A stretch of 64,000 bases of DNA. Source: Octopus vulgaris (lineage: Eukaryota). The position numbers were made by a program, and so were the translations under genes. A model generated the notes under the pieces. The model saw only the letters and a program-made list of their open reading frames with translations. It did no database searches and was not told the origin of the DNA. Positions 41,712 through 55,694 of this stretch are shown one piece after another. How positions within the stretch are numbered: the stretch's first letter is position 1; every line of letters begins with the position of its first letter. The stretch is from contig OX597832.1 of assembly GCA_951406725.2 (NCBI GenBank), forward strand, positions 63,798,001-63,862,000, given 5' to 3'.

Positions 41712-42845
41712 ATGTTGTATATCAGTATACAGTATGCATGTATAATGTGTGTAAATTATGTGTCTTTGCATGTGTGTGTGTGTATCTGAAAATTTTGTAA
41801 AATATCTGTAAAATGTGCATGTGTATAAATTTTGATAGATGCTGAAATTCTATATATCATAACAGCGAGATTTGCCTGGTATGCGGTCACCTGGTGCAAT
41901 CCCACCGATAAGTTTCAAGAGAATGAAATCACGTGATATGGGAATCCCGGCGCCCATGGCAGACGAGTTTCGTCTGCTACTAACTCTATGCGGGGATTTA
42001 AGCGCCAAGCGCCTACACGAGAGGCTCTCTCAACGACTAATCGCACAGCGTTTGGTTTACTAACAAGGTGTCCATGTTTGATATATGGATTACCTTATAT
42101 CTATGTAAAAGCGAAAACTTGAGCTGCCTTTAAGCTACTAAAGGTTTTCTCTCGCCTATGCCTTCCTGGGTCTGAAGAAAAGGAAGGTTAAAAATATCTG
42201 AGTGAGAAAAATATGCAGTGCAGGCGTTGTCAAGTGATTCAGCTGCTCAAAAATGTTTCAGCGACTCAAAACTCGAACGGGTTCCCGCATCATTTATAGG
42301 CGTGAAGGATGATATAGTTGAGTTAATCTAGGGAGGTCATACGTTTTGTCCCATCAGAGCATTCATACTTATTCTCTCTCTCTCTACGTAACACACACAA
42401 ACACACACACACACACACACACACGTGTGTGTAAGGTATTTAAAAGGTATCAAATAGATATACACCAATATATGTGTGTGTGTGTATATATATAAATGTG
42501 TTTATACATATATATATGAATGTGTATATATACATGTATATATGTATATGTGTGTCTATGTGTATAAATATCTATTCATATGTGTATATATATGTATATA
42601 TATATATATATGTGTGTGTGTATGTGTACATATATATACCTGTCTGTATATATATGTCTATATATACCTGTATATATATGTGTATATATATATATATGTA
42701 TATAAATGCGTGTATATGTGTGTGTATATATATATGCATGTGTATATGTGTGTATATATATATGTGTGTGTATATATGTATATATATATATATGCATATA
42801 TATATATGTGTGTAAATATGTAGGTGTGAATATATATGTATGTAG

Positions 42846-42879
<34 letters not shown>

Positions 42880-42883
<4 letters not shown>

Positions 42884-43230
42884 CTTTATTGTCCACAGGG
42901 GCCTAAACATAGACCCCAGTGCGTATCTGGTACTTATTTAATCGACCCCAAAGGGATGAAAGGCAAAGTCGACCTCGGCGGAATTTGAACGCAGAACATA
43001 ACGGCAGACGAAATATCTATTTCTTTACTACCTACACGGGGCTAAACACAGAGAGGACAAACAAGGACAGACAAACGGATTAAGTCGATTATATCGACCC
43101 CAGTGCGTAACTGGTACTTATTTAATCGACCCCGAAAGGATGAAAAGCAAAGTCGACCTCGGCAGAATTTAAACTCAGAACATAAAGACAGACGAAATAT
43201 CGCTAAGCATTTCGCCCGGCGAGCAAACGA

Positions 43231-43234
<4 letters not shown>
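42880..43234 (-). mobile_element. SINE family B array terminating exactly at the LINE-like tail
   Basis: Minus strand ends ...CCTGTGGACAATAAAGAAAT followed by (AT)n. Confidence 0.85.
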
Positions 43235-43290
<56 letters not shown>

Positions 43291-43297
43291 GTATATA

Positions 43298-43370
<73 letters not shown>

Positions 43371-43570
43371 TATATAGCGTATGTATGGGTAAGGTATTTA
43401 AGGTATCATAAATATGCACCATACCATGTAATTTTCCCCCAGTCATAGTCATTTCGAATTTTATTCGTTTGCCTCTCCTTTAGCATTTAAATAATAATAT
43501 TTTAAACCTTTAATTTGGTACAAATTTGTTATTACACATTTTAAATATTATCTTTATTACTGTGCTTTAT

Positions 43571-43616
43571 GACAGTCTGACGAAGGCGTGAAATCCGGAA
43601 CTTCGAAGTCGCTCTC
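43571..43616 (+). ncRNA. Degenerate minimal type I hammerhead (PLE-type)
   Basis: GACAGU-CUGACGA-aGG..CC-GGAA-CUUCGAAG-UC-GCUCUC. GAAA is mutated to GGAA; palindromic stem III and GUC triplet present. Confidence 0.6.
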
Positions 43617-43718
43617 AAATATTTTTGGGGATAATTGATGTGAATTTTACTAATGAGTATTAAGTAATCCTTCAGTTAAATGTTAAATTCCTATGTGTAA
43701 CTTAACATAAACACACAC

Positions 43719-43788
<70 letters not shown>

Positions 43789-44442
43789 CTTATATATTTT
43801 AGAAAAACTTCCTCAGAGGTAAAGGAGAAAATTTTCATTGTCCTTTAAAGTGTACAGCCTGGTACAGCTACCCGGTGTTGCCCAGGCGACTGGCAGTTTG
43901 AACGCCCAAGATAGTAGAGTAGCTATTCTGGAGACCTTGAGCGCGATAGTGAAGGGGAGGGGGAAGTGTATGAAGGATGTGGTGGAGAGATGGATTGAAA
44001 GAAAGAGCGGGGAGATGTAACGTATATCAAGACCTTCAATTGGGCTCTACGGCCCTTTCAGTTCTTGGCTGGTTTATATTAATATCGAAGGGACTCTTGA
44101 ATTAATCTTCGCGCGCTCGCGCAAGGCAGTGCCCTGGCAGAATCGTTAGTGCACCGGACAAAGAGCTTAGCGACATTTCTTCCGGCCCTTTACGTTCTGA
44201 GTTGAAATTCCGCAGAGTTCGACTTTGCGATTCCTCATTTTGTGGTCGATAAAATAATTACCAGTCGAACACTGGGGCCGATGTAATCGACTTAACCCCC
44301 ACTCCAACATTATCAGGCCCTGTACCTACACCAGAAAGGATCATATATACATCTGTGTATACTATGATATCACACTATTATACACACGTAGGTATACTAT
44401 CACACCATTTGCTATTATCATAGTGCGATATCACACGCACTT

Positions 44443-44475
<33 letters not shown>

Positions 44476-44486
44476 CATATATTTGT

Positions 44487-44524
<38 letters not shown>

Positions 44525-44862
44525 ATATATATATATATATATATAATGTGCGTGTGTGTAATACCCTACAACCTTGTAATATCACCCATCATTTCAATAC
44601 CGCAGTATCACACAGTAATATTATCACCCTACCGCAATATCACACTATTCTTCTTCTTTTTATTATTATTATTACTATTACTATACCGCAATATCACATA
44701 GTAGTATCCAATGGAGAGTTGAATCGCCAATATATGATCAACGTCCTCGCTGGGAATTCGAATATTTATTTATAGAACAGCTGATATAGAAGATATCGTA
44801 TAACGGAATATCGGTTTGACGCATTGATATACTTAGTTGATGATTTTGACATTCCTTCCTAT

Positions 44863-44903
<41 letters not shown>

Positions 44904-46502
44904 TGTGTGTCATGTACGTATGTGTATGTTAATGTCTGTAGATTCGTGCATGTTTTGTGTGTGTGTTAATAAGTATGTGTATTCATGTATGTTAAGTGTG
45001 GGTGTGTAAGCGGGTGTATATGTACGTTGGGTCTATATGGGTATGTGTATATGTGTAAGGACGTATGCGGGTGTATATGCGTGTGTATATGGGGTGAGTA
45101 TATAGAGTGTATAAATTAGTGTATATATGTATATATGAATGCAAGTATATATGTGAATAGGCATATGAATCTGTGTATGTGCGTATTTGTGTGGGTGTAT
45201 ATCTATACTGAATATATCTATATACATACGAGTGTGGGCGAGTATGTATACACGTGCTCATTTTTGAATGTGTAAACATTTCTGCGCGTGTATATATATA
45301 TATATATACACATACACTCACAAAAAATGGAAACTTAGTGTGGCAATTCTCACCTTCAAACGTATCCTACCTAACATTGTGAACTACCAACGACAGTAAT
45401 GACCAGGCCCGCTAAAATGATGACCCACTAAAGCCTGAGGCTAAACAATGTCAACCACCAACCCACCTATTAGCTTCTCTATATTTTGTTTTCTTTCTAA
45501 AATAGGCACAGGGCCTGAAATTTTGTTGGGAGGGGCTTCGCTATTGCTTCGATTCCAGTGCTTAACTGGTACCTATTTTATCGACTCCAAAAAGCTGAAA
45601 GACAAAGCCAACCTCAGTTACATTTGAACTCAGGGCATAAAACCGGAAGAGATGCCGCTAAGTATTTTGTCCGGCGTAATAACGACCTACCTCCTTGCCG
45701 CTTTGAGCTGCTCTGTATTGAAAAATGAAAGTTAAGTGTCGCTGTAAAACGAACTCTGATCTCCGCTACACAAACGAACTGAAATTATTTGAGTCTGCAA
45801 TAAGATTGTAAAGGAATATTGTTCCAAGATTAGCAGAAAACATTATACTACGAACACAAGAATTAAAGCCGTTGGAGAGCTGTGTGTATAAAGACAAAAA
45901 GACAAGGAATAGTGATCGTTCACGGGAGATTGCTTGTTTAAATATTTAAAAGAAGAAAATGGATAAGGAAATTGATATGTCAGAGTTGACTTGCCATATT
46001 TAAGAGGAAGAAATTCTTGATAGAAATTATTCAAGGATGACAAGACGAGAAAAAGGAAAAACAAAACCCATTCATAATTAGTATTACCATATTTTAATAC
46101 AATGAATATAAAAAAAAACTCAAAACAATCTAATTTGAAATAACTATGCAGTGACGTAATGGCAATATTAGTAAACGCCAAATACGGATAGTAACTCCAG
46201 AAATGTTTCGTTCTTATTAGTCTTCCCCAGCGAAACAAACTTTATCTTACTTGCTGAAATATTGACGAGAGAATCACTAACATGATGTGCGATATTTTCA
46301 CTCAAATAGGAACAGAAAATTAGCATATTTTAGAAAATTAATTCCTGGGAGACATTATTCAGATACACCATTCACATGAATGAAAATACTCTAATTCATT
46401 TTTCCATATTTAATGCAGAAAGCATTAAAACACTAATTCAAAATAATTATACTGTATGCAGATAGCGTCCCTGGATAATATTTCTTAATTTATTGTCTAA
46501 AC

Positions 46503-48949
46503 CAGCGCTTCTTACACATTTTTCATCACGAGATTTTTCGCGATCCGAGGTATTAAAATATGAAATAAAACATACAAATAAATACATAGATCATTTATTT
46601 ATTTATTTTTTTGCTGAAAAATCTACATATAAAAAAAGTAGTTATATTATTTGTCAAAATAAAAGTAGTTTTAGGATTTGTTTCAAGTACAAAAATAAAA
46701 ACCAAAGTAAAAAAAAAAAACCAAAGTAAAAACCAATATGGTGGATGTGCTAGTTATTTGCTGCATAGCAAATTAAACCTTGGTGTAATATTTGATACTG
46801 CTGGAGGTAAAGCATCTTCTACATTTTTCAGCGTTGAACGATATTTGGTTTTAATAAGGGTTATAACTGAAAAAGTCGTTTCACATAGGTTTGTGGTGCT
46901 AAACAACAAAAGAACATGTAATGCCATTTCAGAAATTGTGAGTAATTCAGCTTTAGTTTCGATCCCGGCTTCAGTCAAAGATTAATTTGTAAATTCAGGT
47001 TTCAAATTTGAGTCACCCGATAGCTCAGCGAATTCCTCTTGGGCTTTATACGGCAGATGATTGATATCATCAATGTCAATTGAAAATGGTTTCTGAATCT
47101 AAGATAACTTTTTGAAATTAAAATTCGATTTGAAGTATTTGCGAAACTGTATTTCTAAGGTATTTAAGTGGTCTCTAATAATTGTAGCAATTAAAGTTTA
47201 ACAATTATTCTTTTCAATTATAAAATCGCCGGTAACCGGAAACATTTCGAATGAATCATTCTTCACCCTATTCTTCCAAATGTTGATCTTTTTAATAAAA
47301 CCCTCAATTTTATCATTCGAAGTAAATATATCGCTTTTCTTTCCTTGAAGAAACACATTGAGATCGTTTAGTTTCTCAAAAATATCTGACAAACAGCATA
47401 AATTTGAAAGCCATTAAGTCATTTTGAAAAAGAGCAGCAAGATCAGATTTTTTTCGGTTAAAAATATAATTTCGTCTTTTAACAACAATAATCTATTTAA
47501 ACTTTGCCCTCTTAACAGCCACCATTTTCCTGTGTGTATTAATAAGTTTTGGTATTCGGAGTCCATGTCTTTACAGAGATTCGAAAATAAACATCTGCTA
47601 AGGGCACGGCTTTTAATAAAATTTATAATTTTGATAACATCCTGAAGCACATCGTTTAATTCTGGTGCTAATTGTTTTTGCTGCAAGGGCCTCTCCATGG
47701 ATTATTACACGATTATTACCAGCGGCTTTGACAAACTATTTAAAACCAATATTTTCGCCCGTCATCGCTTTTGCATCATCTGTACATACTTCAATACATT
47801 TTTACCATTCCAAACCTACCGTTTTAAAGAATCCAACTTTACTATTTATGTATTTCCCTCTTGTATGTTCTTCCAAAGGATGACAAAATAACAATTCTCC
47901 ATTAGCGTTTTCTGACGTAGATTAACAATTAAGCCATTTTTGAAATATCAGTTGTCTCGTCCAACCGAATTGCAAATTTTGGGTTTTCTTTAAGTAAAGT
48001 AATGTTACTCAAACTGTTTGTTGTTAATTTCAGTCATTCTATTGGTGACAGTGTGGTTCGACAAAGGAATTTTCCGAATTTCATCACCATATTTACTTCC
48101 GTGAAGTATTTCTACCATCTTCATAGTAGCAGGTAATAAAAGTTCTCCCCCAGTGGTTTATGGGTTTAAAAAAATTTTTTAGCAATTAGATATGAAACTT
48201 CGTATGACGCTAATAAATATTTTTCGTTTATAGTCATAGATTTCTCAAAATTTTGTTTTTCTATATTTGAAGATATAAACAGCCTTTCAAAATATATCTT
48301 TGGTTTATTGACGTACGAGGGATGTTTGGATTCAAGATGCCTTTTTCTTTTAATTATGAGGGTTTCATACTCTCCACGGCCGAAATGTTATTGCAAATTA
48401 AACAAAGAGGTTGTTCCATACCACCGCTATTATCAAAAGTAAAGCCAAATTAGAGGAATGACTCGTCGTATTTTCTTTTTCGCGACTTAGGTGCCTCTCT
48501 CTGAGGTCATGCTTGAACAGACTTTGTAGCATTGCCATCTGCGTCATTACTTTTGTTGCTCAAGTTCAGTCATTTGTCCATGAGTAAAAATATTTTTATT
48601 TTCAAATATAAATAAAATAAGGTTTCATAAAATAATTATTACGGAATTATTTAAACAACAACCGACCGCAATCGAATAAAACAGTAACATGTATTGTTAT
48701 TTATACACTTATTAAGATGAACACAATAAACCAACTACACAGAAAATACATACATTGTCACTGCACTGGTGGTAACGGCGCCGCACGCGCGTTTTATTAC
48801 CGCAGCGCTTGCGTGGCGCATCACGTTAAATATTGTGCGTTTGTGAAATAAACTGAAATTCAAGTGTTTGAATTTAATTTTTGCGACTCCAGCACTTCGC
48901 GTCACGACCCCAAAATTTGGGGTCGTGACCCATAGTTTAAAAAGCACTG
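46503..48949 (-). mobile_element. Full-length dead hAT (Charlie/Buster, ZBED8/SCAND3-like) DNA transposon with 8-bp TSD GTCTAAAC
   Basis: TSD at 46495-46502 and 48950-48957. Ends CAGCGCTTCTTACAC / GTTTAAAAAGCACTG. Broken transposase from about 48581 to 46735 with a BED finger (PLCLICN..MKPS.LKRHLESKH), IKIINFIKSRAL, DIFEKLNDLN..LQG and FSTTNLCETTFS..IKTKYRS. Confidence 0.93.
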
Positions 48950-50169
48950 GTCTAAACTATTGTGCCAATTGTTAGGGCGTAGGTACAATATTGTCGTCTA
49001 ATGCTCTTTTAATCGCTTAACGAGGAAGAAGAGCAGTGCCTATGACTCTTTGCAATGCCCCTGAGACTCGTAGGAGGCAGAAGGGTGTCCTCAAACTGGA
49101 GACAGGGCTCAAATGCATGCCACAGATTGGACTCGTTCGCTGAAGGCATCTCAAAGACCGGATGGTGGTGTTAAACCGAGTGATGGTTCAAGTTAGTGAT
49201 TCTCTCACCTTGTCGGCAAGTATGAAGAAATCTCTTTTGGGCAAATGCTGTTGAAATCCATGCTTTTTTGAGGAGGTCTAAATCGACCAAAACGTAGCTG
49301 AAATTAACGTACTTACCGGAATAATTGAAATAAAAATTAGTCATTAGCAGGCGACGAATTGAGTCGTTAGTGCGTCGGATAGAACGCCATGCAATATTAG
49401 TCCCGACACTGTGCGCTCTGAGTTCAAATTCCACTGAAGTCAGTTTATAATGGTGCAAGGCCACAGCGTTTGGTTGAAACAAGTAAAAGTCGTTATCTGA
49501 TATTGCCTTTTTCTCATAAGTATTTCTGATTAGCATCTTTTTAATTCACATTTTATTAGATATACTTAAAACTAAATTAACTTGAAGAAGCATGGTAAAA
49601 AGAAGAATGAAAATGGCGTGTCAGATAACTGTAAGATCAATTGCTGGCTTAATCATTACGCAAACTGTCTTAACTAATTCTTCCAAGGCCACTACCGCGA
49701 TTCTGGCAATATCTTGACAGATGAGTAGGCAGCAAGGTTGAAAGAAAAGACGGGAGTATGCGGATTTGCCGAACAACTTATTTAATTAATAAATCTCTAG
49801 CTGTCTCAGGTAAAGCTTGTGACAGCATGACTTCATTGTAGAAAGGTCTTTGACTCCAATTCACATATCATGTTTGCTACAATCACTGTATTTGCCAAAG
49901 ATATCTGCAGACCGAATTGTCGTTATTGAAAAGCTGGCATCCCTAACCAGTATTACTGTTGTTACTGGAAGCACGAGAGATTTATCTGATGGGTGACTGT
50001 CTCTGATTCTCTGATGTGATAAGTTTCTTGAAATAGAAAAAAATTCTTCGGAAATAATATTTATTTTGCCAATTGTGATTTCTTTTTCAAAAAAAAAAAA
50101 AAAAGATAAGAAAATCCAGTGGTATATTGAGTAAAAACATTTTGCAATATTTTGGTAACTTATTTGCTT

Positions 50170-50454
50170 CATTCTTCAAATTACAACCCGGAATAAACTC
50201 CAGGAACTTGAGGGAGGCGAACTGATGCCACACCCAGCATATATCCCGGACCTGGTTCCTTCGGATTATTACTTGTTCCGGTCCAAGGCTCACTTCCAGC
50301 GCTTGTGACGTTTCATCAATCGGGTGGAGGTGGAAGCTTCAGTGAAAGAGTTCTTCACCTCAAAGGACAAGAACTGGAAACAGCGTGAGATCAAAGAACT
50401 GGCAGAAAATTGGATTCAGACGGTGCAACAAGATGGCTTCTACTTTGAATGCTA
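50170..50454 (+). pseudogene. mariner (DD34D) transposase C-terminal fragment
   Basis: HPAYIPDLVPSDYYLFRS (cf. HPPYSPDLAPSDYHLF) and FFTSKDKNW...IKELAENW..TVQQDGFYFE*. Confidence 0.8.
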
Positions 50455-50583
50455 GGCTGCTCTTGTTGCAACTTGAAGAACGAAGGAAATAAGTTAACAA
50501 AATTATTGCAAAAATTTTGAGTTAAGAAAATGGTGATAAGGAAATTAGCAATTATTTATTAATAACAAATTGGTCATCTTCAT

Positions 50584-50679
50584 TTCTTACAGCCGTTTCA
50601 ATTGATGCTCAATAATTGAATTACAAATTTGTACATTAAATTTGTATTTATGTGACATGAGCATAATTTCATCAGAGAG
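50584..50679 (-). ncRNA. Type I hammerhead ribozyme with long loop II (left arm)
   Basis: UCU-CUGAUGA-AAUU...AAUU-GAAA-CGGCUG-UA-AGA. Confidence 0.7.
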
Positions 50680-50786
50680 AATAAAAAATTACGTTAGGAT
50701 GTTATATGTGGACCTAACAATTCATTTCAGTAGACTGAAATGAATTGACAGGTCCACATGTAACATTCCAAGGCTCTTCTATTTTT

Positions 50787-50882
50787 TTCTCTGATGAAAT
50801 TATGTTCATGTCACATAAATGCAAATTTAATATACAAATTTGTAACTGAACTATTGAGTATTAATTGAAACGGCTGTAAGAA
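50787..50882 (+). ncRNA. Type I hammerhead ribozyme with long loop II (right arm)
   Basis: UUCU-CUGAUGA-AAUUA...UAAUU-GAAA-CGGCUG-UA-AGAA; intact core, GUA triplet. Confidence 0.75.
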
Positions 50883-51089
50883 GCGAAGATGACCAAATTG
50901 TTAATAATAAATAATTTCTAACTTCCTTATCTCCATTTTCTTTTCTTCTTCTAACTGGATATAAACTATATGCTTAATATATACCTATTGTTTTAAGGGA
51001 ATTTCATTCCCCATCAGTAACTAGGTATTGAACTAATATTTCCTTGGAAGCAGCCATCCCTTTACGAGGTTAACATATTCTCCTGTTAA

Positions 51090-51185
<96 letters not shown>

Positions 51186-51357
51186 TTTCGCACTGGATAC
51201 TAGATAACAGAATATTAGATAACAGCGTGATTAAGTAACACAATGTAAGGTATGGAAAAAATACGCCAGATCCACAATACTGTATAGTTTGATTAATACA
51301 CTTGTTTGTACCCAAAAACCATACTATATTTTTTGCAGAAATTGACTATCCTATATA

Positions 51358-51932
51358 ATCTTTTCTACTCTCGGTACAAGGACCGAAATTTTTTTATGAG
51401 GAGGGGGACCAGTTGATTAGGTCAATCCCAGTACGCAACTGATACTTAATTTATCGATCCCGAAAAGATAAAAAGGCAAAGTCGACTTCGGTGGAATTTG
51501 AACTCAGAACGTAAAGACAGACGAAATACCGCTAAGAATTTCGCCCGGCGAGCTAACGTTTCTGCCAGCTCGATGCCTTTTGAATATTCTTTTCTACTCT
51601 TGGCACAAGGGCCGAAATTTTTGGGGGAAGGTACCAGTCGATTAGATCGACTCTAGAACGCAACTGGTACTTAATTTACGACTCCGAAAGACAGACGAAA
51701 TACCTATTTCTTTACTACCCACAAGGGGCTAAACACAGAGAGGACAAACAAGGACAGACAAACGGATTAAGTCGATTACATCGACCCCAGTGCGTAACTG
51801 GTACTTATTTAATCGACCCCGAAAGGATGAAAGGCAAAGTCGACCTCGGCGGAATTTGAACTCAGAACGTAGCGGGAGACGGAATACCGCTAAGTATTTC
51901 GCCCGGCGTGCCAGCGTTTCTGCTAGTTCACC
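51358..51932 (-). mobile_element. SINE family B copies (two adjacent)
   Basis: Reverse complement of family B units. Confidence 0.85.
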
Positions 51933-52719
51933 ATCATGACTATCTTATATAGCAGTTGAACATTGCATGACTGAGTCTGTTTTGTTGTATTCTTGCTTGG
52001 TAGATGTAAGTTGCTATTTTCTCGAAAATTTCTGCTTTATGATGTTCTGTTGTTCGCATTCTTGTTCATATAAAGTTTGTATTCTTGTGCTTGCACTTAT
52101 CATTTGCGTTCTGTGTCATTTTGTTTCGCATCTCGAAGTCTTTCTACGATTCACACCTTAGTGCTATATTTTGTTGTTGTTGTTGGTGGCTGCCCTTGTA
52201 TGGCATTACTAGATATAAACTAGAAAACATCAAAAAGACGATGAATCATGCAATCCATTCGAAGATATGCTGTACAAGGTCTGTCTGATTTGTCAGATGT
52301 TTTACATCCACTTGTCTGATGAAGTGTATTGGACTGAATCAGGAGATAGGCTTAAATGGCTTCATATGTTTCCTCAATATGTCTCTTTTGCCACGTAAAG
52401 CAACAATTAGAACCGTTTATTCAAATGATAATCCCACAAATTTACAAATATGTCGACTGACGTATCTTGCAGTATCATAAATGTCAAACAGATGCTTCAT
52501 CATTCACTTACTGTGATATACAATATAATTTGTTGTGTTATTTGCAAATATCTTGCAGATAATTAGCTGTTATCTAATACGTCAAAATATATTTAGAAGC
52601 ATCCTTAATTTTTGTGTTCAGTCTAATGATCAGGACCGTATTTGCAGCGCACAGACATATCTTATACATCGTGTATGTGTGTGTATGAGATTTCTGTTCA
52701 TATGTGTACACACACACGT

Positions 52720-52819
<100 letters not shown>

Positions 52820-53397
52820 CATACATATATGCACACACATATATATGCATATATACACACACATGCATACATATGTATATATATACATTATACATATATA
52901 CATATATATATATATACATATATACATATATATATATACATATATGCATATATACACATACATATATACACATATATATATACACACACATGCATACATA
53001 TGTATATATATACATTATACATATATACATATATATATATACATATATACATATATATATACATATATACACATATATATACACACACATGCATACATAT
53101 GTATATATATACATTATACATATATACATATATATACATATATACATATATACATATATACATATATACATATATGCATATATACACATACATATATACA
53201 CACATATATATGTTTCCTCAATATGTCTCTTTTGCCACGTAAAGCAACAATTAGAACCGTTTATTCAAATGATAATCCCACAAATTTACAAATATGTCGA
53301 CTGACGTATCTTGCAGTATCATAAATGTCAAACAGATGCTTCATCATTCACTTACCGTGATATACAATATAATTTGTTGTGTTAATTGCAAATATTA

Positions 53398-53778
53398 TGT
53401 TATCAAAGAAGCTTGAGAGGCGGTTGGATGGAACCTACACTCGCCTCCTTATGAGAGCTCAAAATCTCTCGTGGAGGCGCCATCCAACCAAAATGCAAAT
53501 ATATGGGAAACTACCACCTGTGTCATCTCTTGTGAAAGGTAGGAGAGTCCAGTTTGCTGGACATTGTTGTAGAGCTGAAAAAAAGTAATTTCTACTCTTC
53601 TCCTCTGGAAGCCATCTACTCGCAATACCAGAGGGCGCACACTCTCCTACCCTGATGTAATCTCCAGGGATACAGGCATCCAGCAATAGAACCTCCGTAA
53701 TGCCATGATGGACCGTGAAGTCTGGCGTAGCATGGTAAATTCCATTGTCTCGACCACGGTCGAACAATGATGATGATA
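53398..53778 (+). mobile_element. 3' fragment of an RTE-type LINE
   Basis: LSKKLERRLDGTYTRLLMRAQNLSW..H....IYG.LP.VS..VK.RRVQFAGHC.R...LLWKP...GR..SY.D.I..DTG...L..AMMDREVW; ends in a (TGA)n tail. Confidence 0.85.
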
Positions 53779-54979
53779 TACATTATACATATATACACAC
53801 ACATATATATATACATATATGCATAGTTACACATACATATATACACACATGCATTTATATATTTACACACGCACACACATATACGTAAGCATATACATAC
53901 CTACACACGACACCCACACATTTAACTTGCATTAATGTTTGATCATCGAGTGAAATGTTATATATTCTAACAACATCAAATGGACGTCAGATAGTGATGG
54001 AAAAATGATAAGCGTATATATATAAATATGTCTGCCTGTGAGTAAGTGAATATGTATACGTGAGTGGATGTGTGTGTGTGTGTGTAGATGTATGTGCTGA
54101 TATAGGAAAGGTCAACATATTTGAGAGACAACAAGCTTTGGGTCATGTTATCGGATCAAACGGAATTTACTTTTCATGATAAAAGCATTGTAGATTTTGA
54201 TGAATTAACTCGATTATCAAAGATATTGCAAACTTTGACATCTTTGCGTCATTGCTGGCTGGCATTCCCATTATTTAGTGGAAGAGTCCATCCACTATGT
54301 GGGTATCTTCTTTGTATTTGTGTGTGTGTGTGTGTGTGTGGGGGGGGGCTGTGTGCAAAAGCCACACAACACACTTCGTATCCTGTTTGATGATCAGGAG
54401 CGTGAAATTCGAATAGCTAGATGTGAGTGCTATCTGTCATAATCACAAATAGCTCTCACCCCTCGGCATTGAGCAAAATTTTTTTATTTCTCACGTGTAC
54501 ACTTATATAACTTAGATAGGTTTCGGCCAGTATAGGTCGAGCCCATGTCTAACTTAATAACACCACCTGGTGAAGTCTTTTAGATCGTGATTCACACTTC
54601 AGTCATACATGGCCCACTCTAGCAAAGAGTTATTATTGTTGGAGACATATCCGGGATTCTTTGGAGAAATTTGAGCAAAGAACTTTTGAATTTTATGAGA
54701 TCTGTTTCCGTTTTGTTGTATTTTGGTGTAATATTAAATATTTAAAATGGATGTTCTGTTATAACACGGAATACTTCAATAGTTGCTCTGAGAGAACTTC
54801 TGATATGATTTTGTGGTGTATATAACCACTAATGTTTATATCGCTAGCAGGAGACAATCCCTGCCCTCACCGCTTCTAGGGTCACCAGATCACGCAATTT
54901 CGCCCTTAGCCTTGTCAGTGGAAGGCGTCTGACCAGTGGGAGTAGCAGCGGCTGTTCTGCTAACGATAGACAGTGAATC

Positions 54980-55244
54980 GAATCCAGGTAAAAAAAAAAG
55001 TCACAGGAAAAAAAACCCCCACAGAAAAAGTCACAGGGATTTTGTCTGGGGTAGAGTTTTATCCGAGGGAATATTGTCCTGGAGGGTTTTGTCCGGATCC
55101 CATAAATTGTGACTTTTTTCTTGTGACTTTATTACCGACCACCATAAATTAACTGAGACTTCTTTTCCTGTGACTTCTTTTTCCTAGACAAAATTGTGCC
55201 TTTATTACTGTAACTTTATTCCTGTGACTTTAATTACCGGTCAC
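54980..55244. mobile_element. Small non-autonomous Mutator/foldback-like element with sub-terminal GTCACAG/CTGTGAC repeats and a 9-bp TSD
   Basis: CAGTGAATC at 54971-54979 and 55245-55253; many AAAGTCACAGG / CCTGTGACTT motifs. Confidence 0.65.
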
Positions 55245-55558
55245 CAGTGAATCATAGGCCCTATTCAGGCGCTGGTGTCGTAAATAGCCAATGGGCTTCT
55301 TAAAAAAAAAGGAATTAAAGCAACAGAAGCCGTATTACAGCTAAAAAGCAATATTTATCATCCTTTAAAAGTGAGTGTTGTGTTAGAGCACTGAATACGG
55401 CGGAAGGTATCCTCTAATATGGTTTTGTGATTCGTATAAGCACTCCTGTTTACAATCTTTAGTGGGCGACAATCACCGCCGCCGTCCTAATACAGCATCT
55501 ATGTTTAAGCGGTGAAAAATATAAAAGTATTCATACTGCTTCTATCGTATGTATGTAT

Positions 55559-55610
<52 letters not shown>

Positions 55611-55694
55611 ATTCGAGACAAAACCACTATTTTAAAACCAAACAAGGAAAGACTTAATCAATACATAAAATTTTAATATAAATTAAATAAACCG

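Larger units (their letters stand above)
50524..50942. mobile_element. Fold-back palindrome of a Penelope-like terminal repeat (centre about 50732); right arm continues to about 51092
   Basis: Arms of about 208 bp with a 2-nt centre and scattered mismatches; each arm carries an HHR. Confidence 0.8.

Noticed and set aside
41985-42325. Group I intron-like P/R/S words (TGCGGGGA, TCAACGACTA, GATATAGT)
   Set aside because: The Q element is out of order and no P3-P8 core could be built; the matches are short
42474-42910. Long YI/VC-rich ORFs (also 52535-53324, 56154-56573, 59655-60452)
   Set aside because: Dinucleotide and tetranucleotide microsatellite read-through
52313-52350. CUGAUGA-AGU..ACU-GAAU hammerhead-like motif
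   Set aside because: GAAA is broken and there is no convincing stem I or III
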